DNA of 64,000 nucleotides from Lama guanicoe (lineage: Eukaryota): the NCBI GenBank assembly GCA_013239625.1, contig MU053561.1:64826-128825 (forward strand). Direction: 5' to 3'. A program made the translations under genes and the position numbers. Positions 38,920-51,049 of the stretch are shown here, piece by piece. The notes below the pieces were generated by a model that was not told the origin of the DNA, made no database searches, and saw only the letters and a list, made by a program, of their open reading frames with translations. Every line of letters starts with the position of its first letter. Positions within the stretch are counted from its first letter, which is position 1.

Positions 38920-39099
38920 CTGCCAGTGAAGCAGAACAACAGTAAATTTTATATAATAATGGCATTAGGATTGTCCCAACCTGCATGTTTGGGTTTCTGC
39001 AAAATACAAATCAATTCTAGGCCACATAAAAGCAGTTCACATAAAGTCGCCCGTGATAGATCATCTTAATGATGGTCTCTGGCAAAGCACACTGGTTTA

Positions 39100-39806
39100 T
39101 GTCCATGCACCTTTGTAATGTGATGCTCCTGCTCCTGCCATCAAGAAGTGGAGTCTATTTCTCTACCCCTCGAGTCTGGGCTGGCTTAGTGACTTGCTTT
39201 GACCTAGAGAGTGTGATGAAAATGCCACTAGTGGATGAGTTCTAGAGACTAGGCTTTGAGAGGCCTTGTATTTCTGTTCTCTCCTTCCTAGAACCCCAAG
39301 ACCCCTGTGCTGTGAAGAAGCCCAGACTACCTTCCTGGAAAAGGAAAGGCCAAGTACAGGGGGAAGGAAGATGCCAGTCACCACTGCCAGACACTTGAGA
39401 AAGGCTGTCTTGGACCCTCAGTCCCAGTCAAGCTGTCAGAGGAGGGCAGCTATTTGAGTGATCCCAAGTGAGACCAGCAGAAGAATATTTCTGTTTGTCA
39501 ACACCCAGAATTGTGAGAAATAATAAATCATTGTTGTTTTAAGCCTTAGGTGGGCAAACTTTTTCTTAAAGGGCCAGATAGTAAATATTTTAGGCCCATG
39601 GGCATCACCTCTGTCACAATTACTCAACTCTGCCCTTGTAGCTCAAAGCAGACACAGAAAATATATTAGTGAATGAGCATGATTGTGTTGCCACAAGACT
39701 TTATTTACAGAAATGGCAGTTGGGCCCACGGGCGACAGTTTGCTGACCCCCGTTTTAAGCCACTAATTTTAGGGTGGTTTGTCACCTGACCAAAGATAAC
39801 TGAAAT
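39100..39806 (+). mobile_element. Old MaLR LTR (MLT1-type) hosting a MER58A
   Basis: gtgacttgctttgacc...cccagaattgtgagaaataataaatcattgttgttttaagccact...agataactgaaa. Confidence 0.7.
39545..39752 (+). mobile_element. MER58A-like hAT-Charlie MITE
   Basis: ggcaaactttttcttaaagggccagatagtaaatattttaggc...gtttgctgacccc; 8-bp TSD ttttaagc, the length typical of hAT elements. Confidence 0.85.
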
Positions 39807-40711
39807 GACCTTATTTGAAAAACAAATCAAGCTACTAGCTAAGAAGTATTTCTACAAATCTCTCTACAGAGAATCTTTCAGATAATCATATAGGAATAAT
39901 ACAGTTGTAACAGCCAACATCTTTAACAGGCATTACAGGTCAAAATAGTTTCACATGAATTATTGCATTTATAAAGTTACTGCAACCAGTGAAGTAGACT
40001 GATGTGATTATTATATCTATTTTACTAATGAGTAAATAAAGGTTCAGAAAGTTTGCTTGCCCAAAACCACACTGCTAGAAAGGGGCAGAACCAATCCCAT
40101 GTTCTCTCCATTCAACCTTCTTAACAATAATGCCAACACTGTGTTATTTTAGCAGCAAAGGGGATGGTAACAGGTCAGAGAGTTGGGGGAAGCAGGCAAA
40201 GGGGCAGAGACAGTCTTTCTATCAACCAAAGGGAGCATTGCCCTGGGAGAAGCTAGTGAAGGCTCTGCTGCTACTAACCTGCCTTGGAGAAATAACTCTG
40301 TGAAAGAGTCGGCAAACAGGGCCTCCTCCAAGCAGAACTCTCAGAGGACCTCCAACTGAGGTGGGCTTGGGGTTGTAGACTCAGGTAGGACACATAGAAA
40401 AATACATCTTTTCTTGGCTGACTGAAGGAAGCAATGAGCCTTTATTACTGAGAGCAATTTTTGTTTTAAATCAGAAAGAATGACAACCATCGCAGTACAC
40501 TGAGCTCCACAGACAGCATCAGTGCGACTGAGGGTGAAAGGGGCTTGGGGTGACTCTTCCTCACTGAGGAAAAGTTAACTCGACACAGACATACGGGCAA
40601 AGGGGATCCTAAGGCACCAAGATGTGAAATGTTACCATATGCCCTTTTTCTGTCCTTTCCTTTTCTTTTTCTCCACTTTATCTTTTTTCTTTCTTTCCTT
40701 CCTTCCTGCCT

Positions 40712-40889
40712 TGTATATTTTTGTCTCCTTTGTTGAAAATTAATGGGCCATATATGCATGGGCACCAAAAGCAAAGGCAACACAAAAGCAAAAATAAACA
40801 AGTGGGACTACATCAAACTAAAAAGCTTCTGTTCAGCAAAGGAAACCATCTACAGAATGAAAAAGCAACTAAGGGATGGGAGAGTGTAT
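40712..40889. mobile_element. Two internal L1 ORF2 fragments joined in inverted orientation
   Basis: The minus piece 40712-40762 resembles the PHIYGQLIFDKGAKNI region. The plus piece from 40763 encodes KAKINKWDYIKLKSFCSAKETIYRMKKQ. Confidence 0.8.
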
Positions 40890-41188
40890 GCCTCCCTCCC
40901 TCCCTCTTTCTCTTTCTTTTTGCAAACTTGCCCAAAGGAATGCAAGAAAAAGTCCCCAGATACTTCAATCAACTTCTCATAGTTAAAAAAAAATGCTCAG
41001 AAAACAGCATTCCCTGTTTTAAAAAAGAAATTAAAAAAAGAAAAAGAAAGAAATAAAAAGAAAGACCAAAAGGATCAGGAGGATGATGACGAAGATGAAC
41101 AAGAAAATAATAATGATAAATAGGGTGGTTCCAGTGCAGTTTCTTTCCCCATGTCTAGAAATCTTTACTCATTACATCACTGATTTTA

Positions 41189-41419
41189 TTTTATCTTATT
41201 TTTTAGTGTGTATATATGTATATTTAATTTACTTATTAATTTATTTTTATTTTTTAATTTTTATTTTAGTTTGGGGTTATTTATTCTTTTTTTGTTATTG
41301 CTTATTTTTACTTTAGTTAGGTTTATTTATTTATTTTTGGAGGAGGTACTGGGGATTGAACCCAAGACCCTGTGCATGCTAAGCATGTACTCTACTACTT
41401 GAGCTATATCCTCCCAGAC
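41189..41419 (-). mobile_element. tRNA-Ala-derived SINE (long tail)
   Basis: tRNA head on the minus strand; 14-bp TSD catcactgatttta (41175-41188 and 41420-41433). Confidence 0.88.
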
Positions 41420-42965
41420 CATCACTGATTTTAAAGGAAAAAAAAAAAGGGGAAATGTAAGGCCATGTGACTTGTTTTTAAATTGGACACTGTACAGCAT
41501 TCTTTCATTTTTCTAAAAATAACCTACTGTCAAGTGTGCCTTTAGATAGCCCTGTCCTTAATGGTATTTTTAATAGCCACTAACCTTGCCTGGCAGAGTA
41601 TAGGGGTTTAAATTAGCACAGAAATTTAAAGCAGGTTTTATTGGTACACAGCACAAACTAGTTATAGATGGAATTGGGTTTTTTCCCATCTTCAATTGTC
41701 TTTGATTCAGTTTGTACAAAATAATTGTTGTTCTGTTAATTGTATACTAGTCTGTGATCGCAAATTAATAATAACAGTAGTAGTAATAATAATGTTGCAA
41801 CTGTTTTGCTGATATCCTGATATTTCTAAGTAAATGCAAATGTTTTAATTAAATAAATTAGAAAAAAATTATTTCTTCCACATTTGGGTGAAATTAAACA
41901 GGCTATTAATTGGAAGAAATTTGATAAACAGAACAACAATACATTACAGTTATATTCATAGGATATAATGGAAAGAGAAGAGCCTTTGAAGACTGAATAT
42001 CAATCCTGACCACATGCAAATTGTGGGAATTTAGGCAAATCTCTTAATTTTGTTGAGCTTAATTGCCTTTGTAAAAATGGGAGTAATAATGCTTACCTCT
42101 CAGAGCTTGTATATGGACTAAATAAAATAAATGAAAGTACCCAACCTAGCAATGTTGCTTTTAGTAGGCATTTTCTCCATTCCTCTTCCATTTTTGCCCT
42201 AGTCCTTCCGTTTTTACCTCAAAATGGAGAATCTTGATACTCAAAATGAGTATGACAGACCCTTAGAACTTATAGATTTCACATACAGAATTACAAATGC
42301 TAATTTTAAGTGACTCCAAAGTCCTTAACACATTCAAATTAAAAACTTTTCCACATTGTGCATATGAACCATCTGTGTTTTAAGGCTGATACAAAAAGGC
42401 AAATCACTTAGCAAAGTAAGCAAAATAGTAAGTGACTAAAAGTTTTTGTGAAAACTGGCCCCCAGAGGAGTGTTATTTTCACTTTGGTTTAATAACTTAG
42501 GTAGACCCCTAGCTAATGTTAATGCAGGAATAATATATTATTATGAATACATTAATAATAATAATAATATTTACTGGGTTCTTATTCCTTGACAAGCTCT
42601 GTACTAAGAGCATTTCTCACTTAATCTCACTTATGAGGTTGACACTATTATTATACCCATTTTAACGGTATTAGAGATTTCACTTTAGTGGAAAAATCTA
42701 TTTTAATCATTTTACAAGTGATTTTAATCTTGCAATTACAGAATTGTTAGAAGTCTGAAGAGTTCACATAACTATTTCAGTTATGATTTACTGGATTGTG
42801 CTAGGAAGGTTGGGAATTATATGCTACAGCAGTATGCACAAATTTGGAAATTCACAGAAAATCTGAAGACATTGCCATGGTGAATTTAAAGGGTGTATAA
42901 TTTAAGGGAATTATGATCAGCAGAAGATGAAGAATTTAGCAAGGCAAGGCCCATGACCTCCTTAC

Positions 42966-43021
42966 CTGATGCATGACTTGTTCTGGGTACCATCTCCCCA
43001 TCATCTTCTGCAAAGTAATCT
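42966..43021 (-). CDS. PDE4DIP: PDE4DIP coding exon, 56 nt (R)DYFAEDDGEMVPRTSHAS
   Basis: Acceptor tttctctccacag| and donor CAG|gtaagg. Phase 2 in and phase 1 out match both neighbouring exons. Confidence 0.9.
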
Positions 43022-43124
43022 CTGTGGAGAGAAACATATCGTTAATTAATGAGATACCGTTCCACACAGTGTCCAACCCCTAGGGTGGCGAGACATCTGT
43101 TTTTATTTATTTCTCCACAGATAT

Positions 43125-44430
43125 TCATTAAGTTAGTACTGTATCAGGGACAGTGTTAAGTCCTGGAGATACAAAGACAAACCCCACAGGAAGGGTTCCT
43201 ATTCTCAGTAGGTACCTGTGGAGACAGCCATTGAACAAACAACCCCGCAAGTATTGAATTAGTGTTGTGGCAAGTGCTATGAAGCAACATGCAGAGCAAC
43301 TCAGAGAAAGGGACATTTACACTGAGATGAAGAGAAAGTCAGCCAGATGAAAAATGGGAACAGAAGAGTATTCCATCATGAGGGACCAGCAAAGATCCTG
43401 AGTTGGGGAGGAACTTGGCTTGGCTTGTTAGAGGAATGGAGAAAGCCAGTGTTGTCACCAGACCGTGCAAGGCCTTGTGGGATGGGGTAAGGATGGAGTT
43501 CTGTGTGATGGGCAATGGGAAACCACTGAAGGATTTTAAATGCAGGAATAATGGCAAATGACCAGATTGAGATTTTGGATAGATCATCAGGCTGCAGAAT
43601 GACACTGCAGAGTGAACAAAAGTAGATGGGGAAAGCAAGAAGTTGTGATGGTTTGAACTAAGGGAAAAGAGCAGAAATGGAGAAAAGCAACAGAAAAGAA
43701 AAATCAAGATATGTTCAGGAAGTAGAACTGATTCAGAAAACTTAGAAAACAGACAAAGTCTACTAATGGAAATGTTAAAAACATCACGATTCAGTAGCAA
43801 GAAGTATATCTGTCTGGCACAGTGAAGACCACCCTCCCTAGCACAAAAGGGGAAAAAAACTCAACAAATACTTGTCAAACACCTACTATGTCTTCAGGCA
43901 CCTGTTTTAAGCTCCATGAATGTGGCAGTGAACAAAATAGACAAAAATGCCTGCACAAGTAAAATGTATAGTAGCAATTGAGGACAGGTACTGTTAAAAA
44001 CTGAAGTAGGGACTGGAGATAGAGTGCTGGAGGTATGGGGAGGATGGAGGGTTTCAGTTTTCAGTAGGCAAGGCTTCTCTAGGAAGCAATAACATGGGTA
44101 TTTCAGCAAAGAGTCTTCTAAGCAGAGAACATCAAATGCAAAGGCTCTTAAGAGGAAGCATGCCAGGGCATTTTTGGAACAACAAGAGGGCAGTGTGGCT
44201 GAGCAGAGTAGCAGGAGGCAAGGCCAGGACAGTAATAGGAAGGCTGGGCAGGGGACAGATTGTATAAAGCCTTTCAGGACATTAAGAGGCATTTAGCCAC
44301 TGGAGTCTTGTGAGGCAAAAAAAGGGATGAACTGAGCAACGCATGTTTTAAAAGGGCCAGCTACTGTTTTGACAGCAGACTGGGAGGGGAAGGCAGAAAC
44401 AGAGAAGCGACTGCAATAATCCTACTGGGA
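43125..44430 (-). mobile_element. L2 remnants
   Basis: ggcaatgggaaaccactgaaggattttaa...; caacaaatacttgtcaaacacctactatgt. Confidence 0.6.
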
Positions 44431-47400
44431 GATGCTTTCAACATGTAGCTTACTCCTTAAACCCTCGGGTATTCCCAGTTCATTGTTCTGAAAATAATTA
44501 TGTAGCCGAGATTTAGTGGGCTTCTCTTTTTAAAAGCCAGGAGACATTCCCTGGGAGATGGAAGAGAGCCTGGCATTTGTTTAGAAATCGTTGACGTTCT
44601 TTCTTCTCTGCCTCAGGGCTGGATCTTGGCATAAATCTTCACTATGTTAAGTTCCAGATGGACATGAAAGTACCAGACAGGGCAAACTGGACGACACAAA
44701 CCACCTGGCAATTCTTTATTATTCAAAAGCAGGTCACCAGCTTGTGGTTCTTCCTGGCTCTCTGCCTCTTTCCCTTCTCCACTTCTCATTAAAAATTTTC
44801 CCTGAGAGTGAAGAATGAAAGAGATGAAGGTACTACTTCTGGATTCCCCTCTGCTGAGAAAAAGTAGGGGAAGGATTTTGAAACAATCAGCCAGAACAAT
44901 GTCTTGAAAAATTTATGGGGGAAAAAACATATTCTCTGCTGCAGCTATTCATGCACTGGATAGATTCCTTTATTCTCAGCCCACAGAGCCAGGTAACGGT
45001 GCAACTGCTGTCAGGAGCAGGGTCATTCCTCAGGCCAAATTTAGCCCATCCAACACATTTTATTTGATTCATTTCTAAATTCTCTTGGGAAATGAATGGG
45101 TCTGACAATACTGGGCCTGCCTTCCTGCCTAGAGGGGTAACCTGCCACCTTTAAACAGAAGAGGCGTGTTTTCCGCTTTGCCATAGTCCCTGTCACTCCC
45201 TGCCCTCGTAATCTCTGCTCATACACTCATTTATGAAACTTTCCCAGCTCTTTCTGTGTCTCTGAGGCTGTCACCCTGATATAGACCATATACAGACAAA
45301 ATTCTCATTTTTGCTTTAAGACACAGTCTTAATCTACCTATTGGCTTAGCACACAATTCATTAATTCGTGAAGCTAAGCGACTTACTGGCTTATAAATCA
45401 CCTTTACCCCTCCTGGCTGCAGTTTCCTTACATATTTGTAAAAGAAATGCATGAATTTCTAGGGTTCCTTGCAGTAATTACTCAGTTCTATTTGAATAGA
45501 TGCTGAACCATAAAACCCATTTTAATACTTTCCAAGGATGGGGGAACTTTCCAGACATGATCTCATTCAGTGCTCCCTGCTCCGAAGATTTCACATTCTA
45601 GATCTGGAGCAAGCTACAACAAGGTGGTGCTGATGGGACCCACAAGGTACCTCACCTTCTCCCCCACCCCACACTCTCCCAGAGCTAGCTGGCTGCCTGC
45701 CTGGTATAAAGCAATAACCGGAAGGGTAGAGAGGTCACTGTGGATGGGTATTGAGTTAATGGGCTTTTTGTAGTCTCAGGAGATTGTTTTAAAAATCACT
45801 TTAACTCTATTAACAGCTCAAGTTATCTCTCATATTGCCCAAGAGTGGGGCTCACTCAGCTGCTCCAAAAGGTTGATAAGGAATTTGATGCTCCCTCAGA
45901 GAAGGGGCTCAAGGTTAAGAAACACAGATATATGTCAAGGGGATTGCAATTTGTGACAACATCTGATAACTAAAGTGCAAGGAGAACTGGCGTATGCTAG
46001 AGACAGACTTCAAGCCTGGCCACAGGCAGATACACAAAGCATTAACATATGCTGGTAAAGTCTTCTGCATTACCCAAGTCCAGGGGGAAAAAAAGTATAC
46101 TCTTGTCCTAGCTTCTCAAATTCAAGTGCTTCTATATATACATTTTTTGAAACATCAGTCCACGAATGACTCATGCTCAGCTAGCATGTGATTCATCAGT
46201 TACTTACCACTCTCCTGCATAGATGTACATATATAATCTTTCCCCAAAGATACTTGTACCTTACATGTTGCTTTTCTTGTATAAATGAACTAAACTTTCC
46301 CTCAGTGAGGCGTATCTTTTTTCTCTTTACCTCACCAATCTGTCAGTACTGAACCAATTCCACTAAAATTATACTTACAAATTTTTGCCAAAATACTCTC
46401 TTGCTTCATTTGAAGAACCATTTTCCAAGTATAACACACCCACCAGCCCTTCACTTACTTAATTTCTCCATGGTGTATTACTCACATTTTCTTGACTTGC
46501 TGATAAGTAGCTATGAAGATACCGAACTCAAACAACACATAAATACAATATTCCAGAGTACGAGCTTTTCCTACAGTTTTGCAGGGTGATTAGGTGGCGA
46601 ATGATCAGAAAATAATTGCTCCTCTCCAAGCCATCTGCTACCCTCTGATAGTCTGATGCTGTCAAACTGTGCTCTGATGATTTCTTCCAAAAGTTTTCTA
46701 AGGATGGTAGTTTCAGTTACATCAGGGATATCCAAAGCACTCAATTTTAGTTTGCTTGAAAATGACCATTGATATGGCTCCTTTCTAAGATGTGAGCGGC
46801 TCGCTGGCCCCACTAGTCTAGTCTTTCGTAACGTGGTGGGGAGGAGTAGAAATGCAGGTAACTTCCTTAGCTAAGGGTAATACCATGATGGAGCCTACAG
46901 AGAGATATCTTCTGTAAGGAAGCCATAGACCATCCTTGGCAAAATGCATCTTTGGTGTTACTGCCTTGTATTTTGGCCTGTTAATTTTTGGACTGAGAAG
47001 AGCAATGGATTGTGTCAATGGAACACATAATTCACAAGCAATGGCAAAATGGCAATCATACAACTTCACTATTACAAAGCAGGATGTGCAACAAGTCTTT
47101 GAACAGTATGAGATATTAGTATCTAGGACCAAAACCATGTCCCGCCCCCAGCCAACTATATCTATGGCCCCATTACTTTCTTCTCCTCTGTCTTACCTAT
47201 TAAGATAATCAACCTAGGACTATTTCTCCCCATATGAGTGTCCAAACTCCCAAGGGGGTGGCTTTTTTTCAGGCCCCCTCCCCGGGGCAATCACACACTT
47301 AGGTTGTTGGAGCACCACCTAATCTGACCCCCTACTTCATCACTCACCACTGCCCTGAATTAACATCTGTAAGCCTAGGGCCAAAGACCATCTTCCCAGG

Positions 47401-50400
47401 GGCATTTTCTGCCTTTAAAATTTCTTTTTATATGGTTTTCTTACTATAACCAAAAATGCAAGAGGAAGAAAAACAATCTGCTATGGCAGTTCTTAGAGCA
47501 AAAAACTAGGCCTTGATTGCTATTTTTAGGTCTTTTCATTCCATTTTGTAAACATTTACTGAGAAGTTGCTTACATGGCAAGCACTGAAAATATAAAGAT
47601 GAAAAAGAAATATCTAGAAATCGAGGTGCTCAGAGTTGTCTATTGGGGGAGGCAGACAGGATTCAAAGAGACAATTATTAGAATGATGGGATTTAAAACA
47701 GAAATTTCAGAACATAAATGAGATAGCAGTTAATTTTGTCCTGTTGGGGAAAGGGATCTAAGAAATCTACAGAAAACAGAGAACAGTGAATCTAGGCCTT
47801 AAGCATGGGTGTGAATACATAAGGAAACATGACAAAGGCCCTAAAATGGGAGAATGAAGGGTATGCTCGGGACTTTCATTTTGTTCCCTCCTGCCTGAGT
47901 AAACCTAAACTGCTCCTCAGGACCCCTTCCAACTTCCTTTTCACCTCTCCCTCCCCTCAAGCTGTCCTCCCACAAACTCTAACCCTCAGGTAGGAGTATG
48001 AAGGGGACCCAAGGGGAAAAACCATTTCTTCATTCACACTTCTGTCCTCAAACACTATAGCTTTATCTAACTACTTAGGACCTCCGCAGATAACTTAAAA
48101 CAATGCCAGCAAGAAAGGATTAGAACTAAGATTTACACTCTAGTAAAAACATAGATACAGACTATCCAGACTAGCAGAGAGTCTGGAAGAGTGAAATGGC
48201 TGGTGGTTAGGACGGTAGAAAATATAAATGAATTTCTTCTCCTTCTCCTCTTCCTCCTCCTTCTCCTCTTTCTTTCTTTCTTTCTTTTTTTTTTTTACTA
48301 TTTTTATAATAAAAGGTTAATTCTTTTTTTAAAAAAATTAAGGAACATATTCTGATCTATTTACACAGCTCTCCTATTAAGGCCCTTGATAAAAGATGAA
48401 ATATGGGGTTAGGCTCAGCATGGCCTTCTCAAAGAGAGGGAGATATGTGTGATGACAGAAAGATTGCTCCGCTCTGCTGTTTGTTGGGGTCCAAACAAAC
48501 ACCCTGCTCTAAATTCCCATATTTTTAAAGCTCATTTGACATGAGTTGCCAGGTTCTGGTTCAAATAAAAGAAATCTTTCGAATGTTTGAAGATCTTTTT
48601 CATATTTTTAATTTATGCCCACACGCAACCCTTGCAGATATAAAAGAGCCAGCAGGAGAAGACTGGTGGCCTATTTTCTCTATTATGTGACACTCCAGCT
48701 CTGAGGATTTTTAAACAGCAGGGTTTCACAAGTGGTGTCAACTTAGAAACAAAGACACCTACAGGTAATAGTCTCTGGGCTGCCTTTACAGTTTGACATG
48801 TTTTCTTACACTGGAATTTTCCTCAACACTGATCTTGGGATCAATGACCATCATCATTATTGTGAACAACCACCACCACCCACCACCGATGCTGCCACCA
48901 CTACTTACTGATTGACTGATACTTTCCAGGCATTATCTCATTCAGTTATCACAAATCCTGTAGGTATTGTTTCCCCGATATTACAGATGAGGAAACAAGA
49001 GACCCAGAAGGATAAGTAATTTGCCCACGACCATACAGCTAGTTGTTGTTCAGCCTGAATGTGAAAACTGTATCTGTCTGACTCCAAAACTTTACTCTGT
49101 CCAATAAGCCCTATTTCCACCCATGTATTTGCCTGTTGCCTCCTTTGTACCTGCCTTGACCCCAGGGAAATGACCCCTGAGAATGTCAAGTCAAAGGAAG
49201 GGTGGGTCATGCTGCCTTGGGAAGGAGGTGGGATCAACTCCTGACACATAGTTGTTTCTTGGGCACCAACTCATCCCAATACGTACACAGCTCACACTGG
49301 AGTACCTGCTACTGGTATAACAGGTATCTTGTGACAAATGAATTACAACCCTAAAGAGGAAGTGGCAAGTTTTTACACAGGTCTTGTCCTGAAAAGTGAA
49401 TTACCCATTATTTTACACTTCCCTATTTCTACCCAAGTTTCTCCAAATATTCATGCCCCTCCTGAATCCTTTCTGTGATAATACTTGGCATTGCCCCTAA
49501 AAGACAAAGGGAATAAACTGACAGGCAGGGGAGGTGATGAAAACAGACACAATCAAAATTGGGAAGGCCGTTTGTGAACAAGCTCTGAGAAGTCTCAGGT
49601 CATTTTCCCTCTTGCTAAGAGAGACACTGAGTATTCTTCTCCATTCCAAATATTGCCAATATCCCCCATTTGGCACCAGAATTGTAAAAACACATATTCA
49701 AATGCAAATAGGGTAGAAGTCACAGATGCAGAGCACAAGACTGTTATATAGTAAATACCATGAGATGATGATTTTTTCTCATTCAAGACCTATCATTATA
49801 ACCTCTGCAAGCTAGAATGCTTAGTTGGCAAAGCTCCTCAGAACAGAGAGAACATCACTGTGAGTCTCCCTCTGCATGCGGACTTAGTGTGAGCTGACTT
49901 GGCACTGAGACAATAACATCTGCTTTTCTCCACTACAAGCTGCAATTACACCCTTCACTCAACAGGATCTATTCAGTGAGAATGGTATGGCCAAACAGAA
50001 CTCTGGGAGGCATTTTTCTGGAGTGCTAAGTCCTCAATAGCTACCAGGAGCTACAAACATCACTGTGTATCTGCGACAGTTTTGAGTTTTATGACCTATT
50101 TTGCTCCTGCACTGAGTCTTTATCCTATAAGGAATCAAATTTTTCTTGCTGCTATTCCTCAAGGTTCAGAGAAACCTCTTAATGCTGTAAGAACATAAAG
50201 GCAGTTCAAATACTTATTTCCCCCACTTTGCCCTATGAGGTCATCAGACATGCCAATGTCTAATAAATTCTCCTCCCTGTCCCCTCAATCAGCCGACACT
50301 GACATCACTCTTTCAAAAAAAATTTAAAAATAATCTGCTTTGGATTCAGCCACATTACTCAGGGATGGTATATGGTCTTTCCACCCACTTCTAAAAAGTC

Positions 50401-50850
50401 AGCTTGTGTGTTTTACTCATGGTCCTGGCAATGCATTCTGTACTCCTCCATTTTCATTAACAATCACTATTCATTCACAAGGCACTGGGGAAAGTCGAGG
50501 CACTTGGCCCGGTCCATCTCACAGCCCTAGACCAAACATTAAAAGGTAGATATTTTTTTTTTCTGTCTACATTTGTATTCACATAATCTTTGTCTGTTTT
50601 TAATGATTTTAAAAGAATTATGTGTTCCTTCTAGAAATTTTGGAAAGGACAAAAGTGTATAGAGAAAAATAAAAATAAAAATGCTACCACTTAAAGGCAA
50701 CACTGATAAAAATTTTTTGGTCTTTATGTTTAGCTGTTCTTCGGTTCATATGCTTGTGTAAATTCCACAAAACAGAAGTAACACCAATCATGCAATTTTG
50801 TACCTTGATTTTATTTGTACTATTGAAATGGGAGGTTTTGAGGAATGCAA

Positions 50851-50854
<4 letters not shown>

Positions 50855-50900
<46 letters not shown>

Positions 50901-51049
50901 TTAGTTTAGTTTTTTGGGGGGGTAGAGGAGGTAATTAGGTTTATTTATTTATTTATTTATTTATTTTTCTAATGGAGGTACTGGAGATTGAACCCAGGCC
51001 CTCATGCATACTAAGCATGTGCTCTACCACTTGAGCTATACCCTCCCCC
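50855..51049 (-). mobile_element. tRNA-Ala-derived SINE with a (TTA)n microsatellite tail
   Basis: tRNA head; 16-bp TSD tgaggaatgcaatttt (50839-50854 and 51050-51065). Confidence 0.9.
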
